Position numbers and translations under genes: made by a program
Assembly (NCBI RefSeq): GCF_003918875.1
Contig: NW_025767000.1
Location: forward strand, 992,001-1,056,000
Length of the DNA: 64,000 bases
Source of the DNA: Haliotis rubra
Taxonomy: Eukaryota
Reading direction: 5' to 3'
Shown: positions 63,755 through 64,000 of the stretch, in pieces
Numbering within the stretch: the first letter of the stretch is position 1
Layout: the number at the start of each line of letters is the position of its first letter
The notes under the pieces: model-generated
Database searches by the model: none
Told to the model about the DNA's origin: nothing
Seen by the model: only the letters and a program-made list of their open reading frames with translations

Positions 63755-63956
63755 GTTTAAGGCCGCACTCAGCTACATTCCTGCTACATGGCGGCGGTCT
63801 GTAAATAATCCAGTGATTAACAGCATGAGCATCAATCTACGGAACTTGGGTACGATGACTCATGTTAACCAAGTCAAGGAGTCTGACCACCCGATCCCGT
63901 GAGTCGCCTTGAGCATGGGTTGCTGAAGACCAATTCTAACCCGGATCTTCACGGGT
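63755..63956 (-). mobile_element. SINE-like family 2
   Basis: Reverse complement of the consensus, with internal deletions. Confidence 0.8.
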
Positions 63957-64000
63957 CTGGACGATAGGGTAAAAGGATCTGTGCGACAGTCAATAGGAAA

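Overview
Eukaryotic, AT-rich animal DNA. The repeat families and gene content point to a mollusc, most likely a gastropod such as abalone (inference). The first 42 kb are a tandem segmental-duplication array of BTB-BACK-(PHR-like) Cul3-adaptor genes, each with two coding exons: A1-B1, A2-B2 and a truncated B3. A1 and A2 are intact and diverge rapidly in the C-terminal domain. B1 and B2 share an in-frame TGA at codon 51, yet their second exons differ mostly at synonymous sites. The right part holds two paralogous plant-type flavin polyamine-oxidase-like genes. Both have a candidate signal-peptide exon and lack key catalytic residues, and one has a GPI-like tail out of frame. Interspersed are SINEs, Tc1/mariner and other DNA elements, LINE remnants, Penelope-like elements carrying U3-A8 variant hammerhead ribozymes, and a 31-bp minisatellite rearranged into two abutting inverted repeats. 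All counts were made by eye and are approximate.
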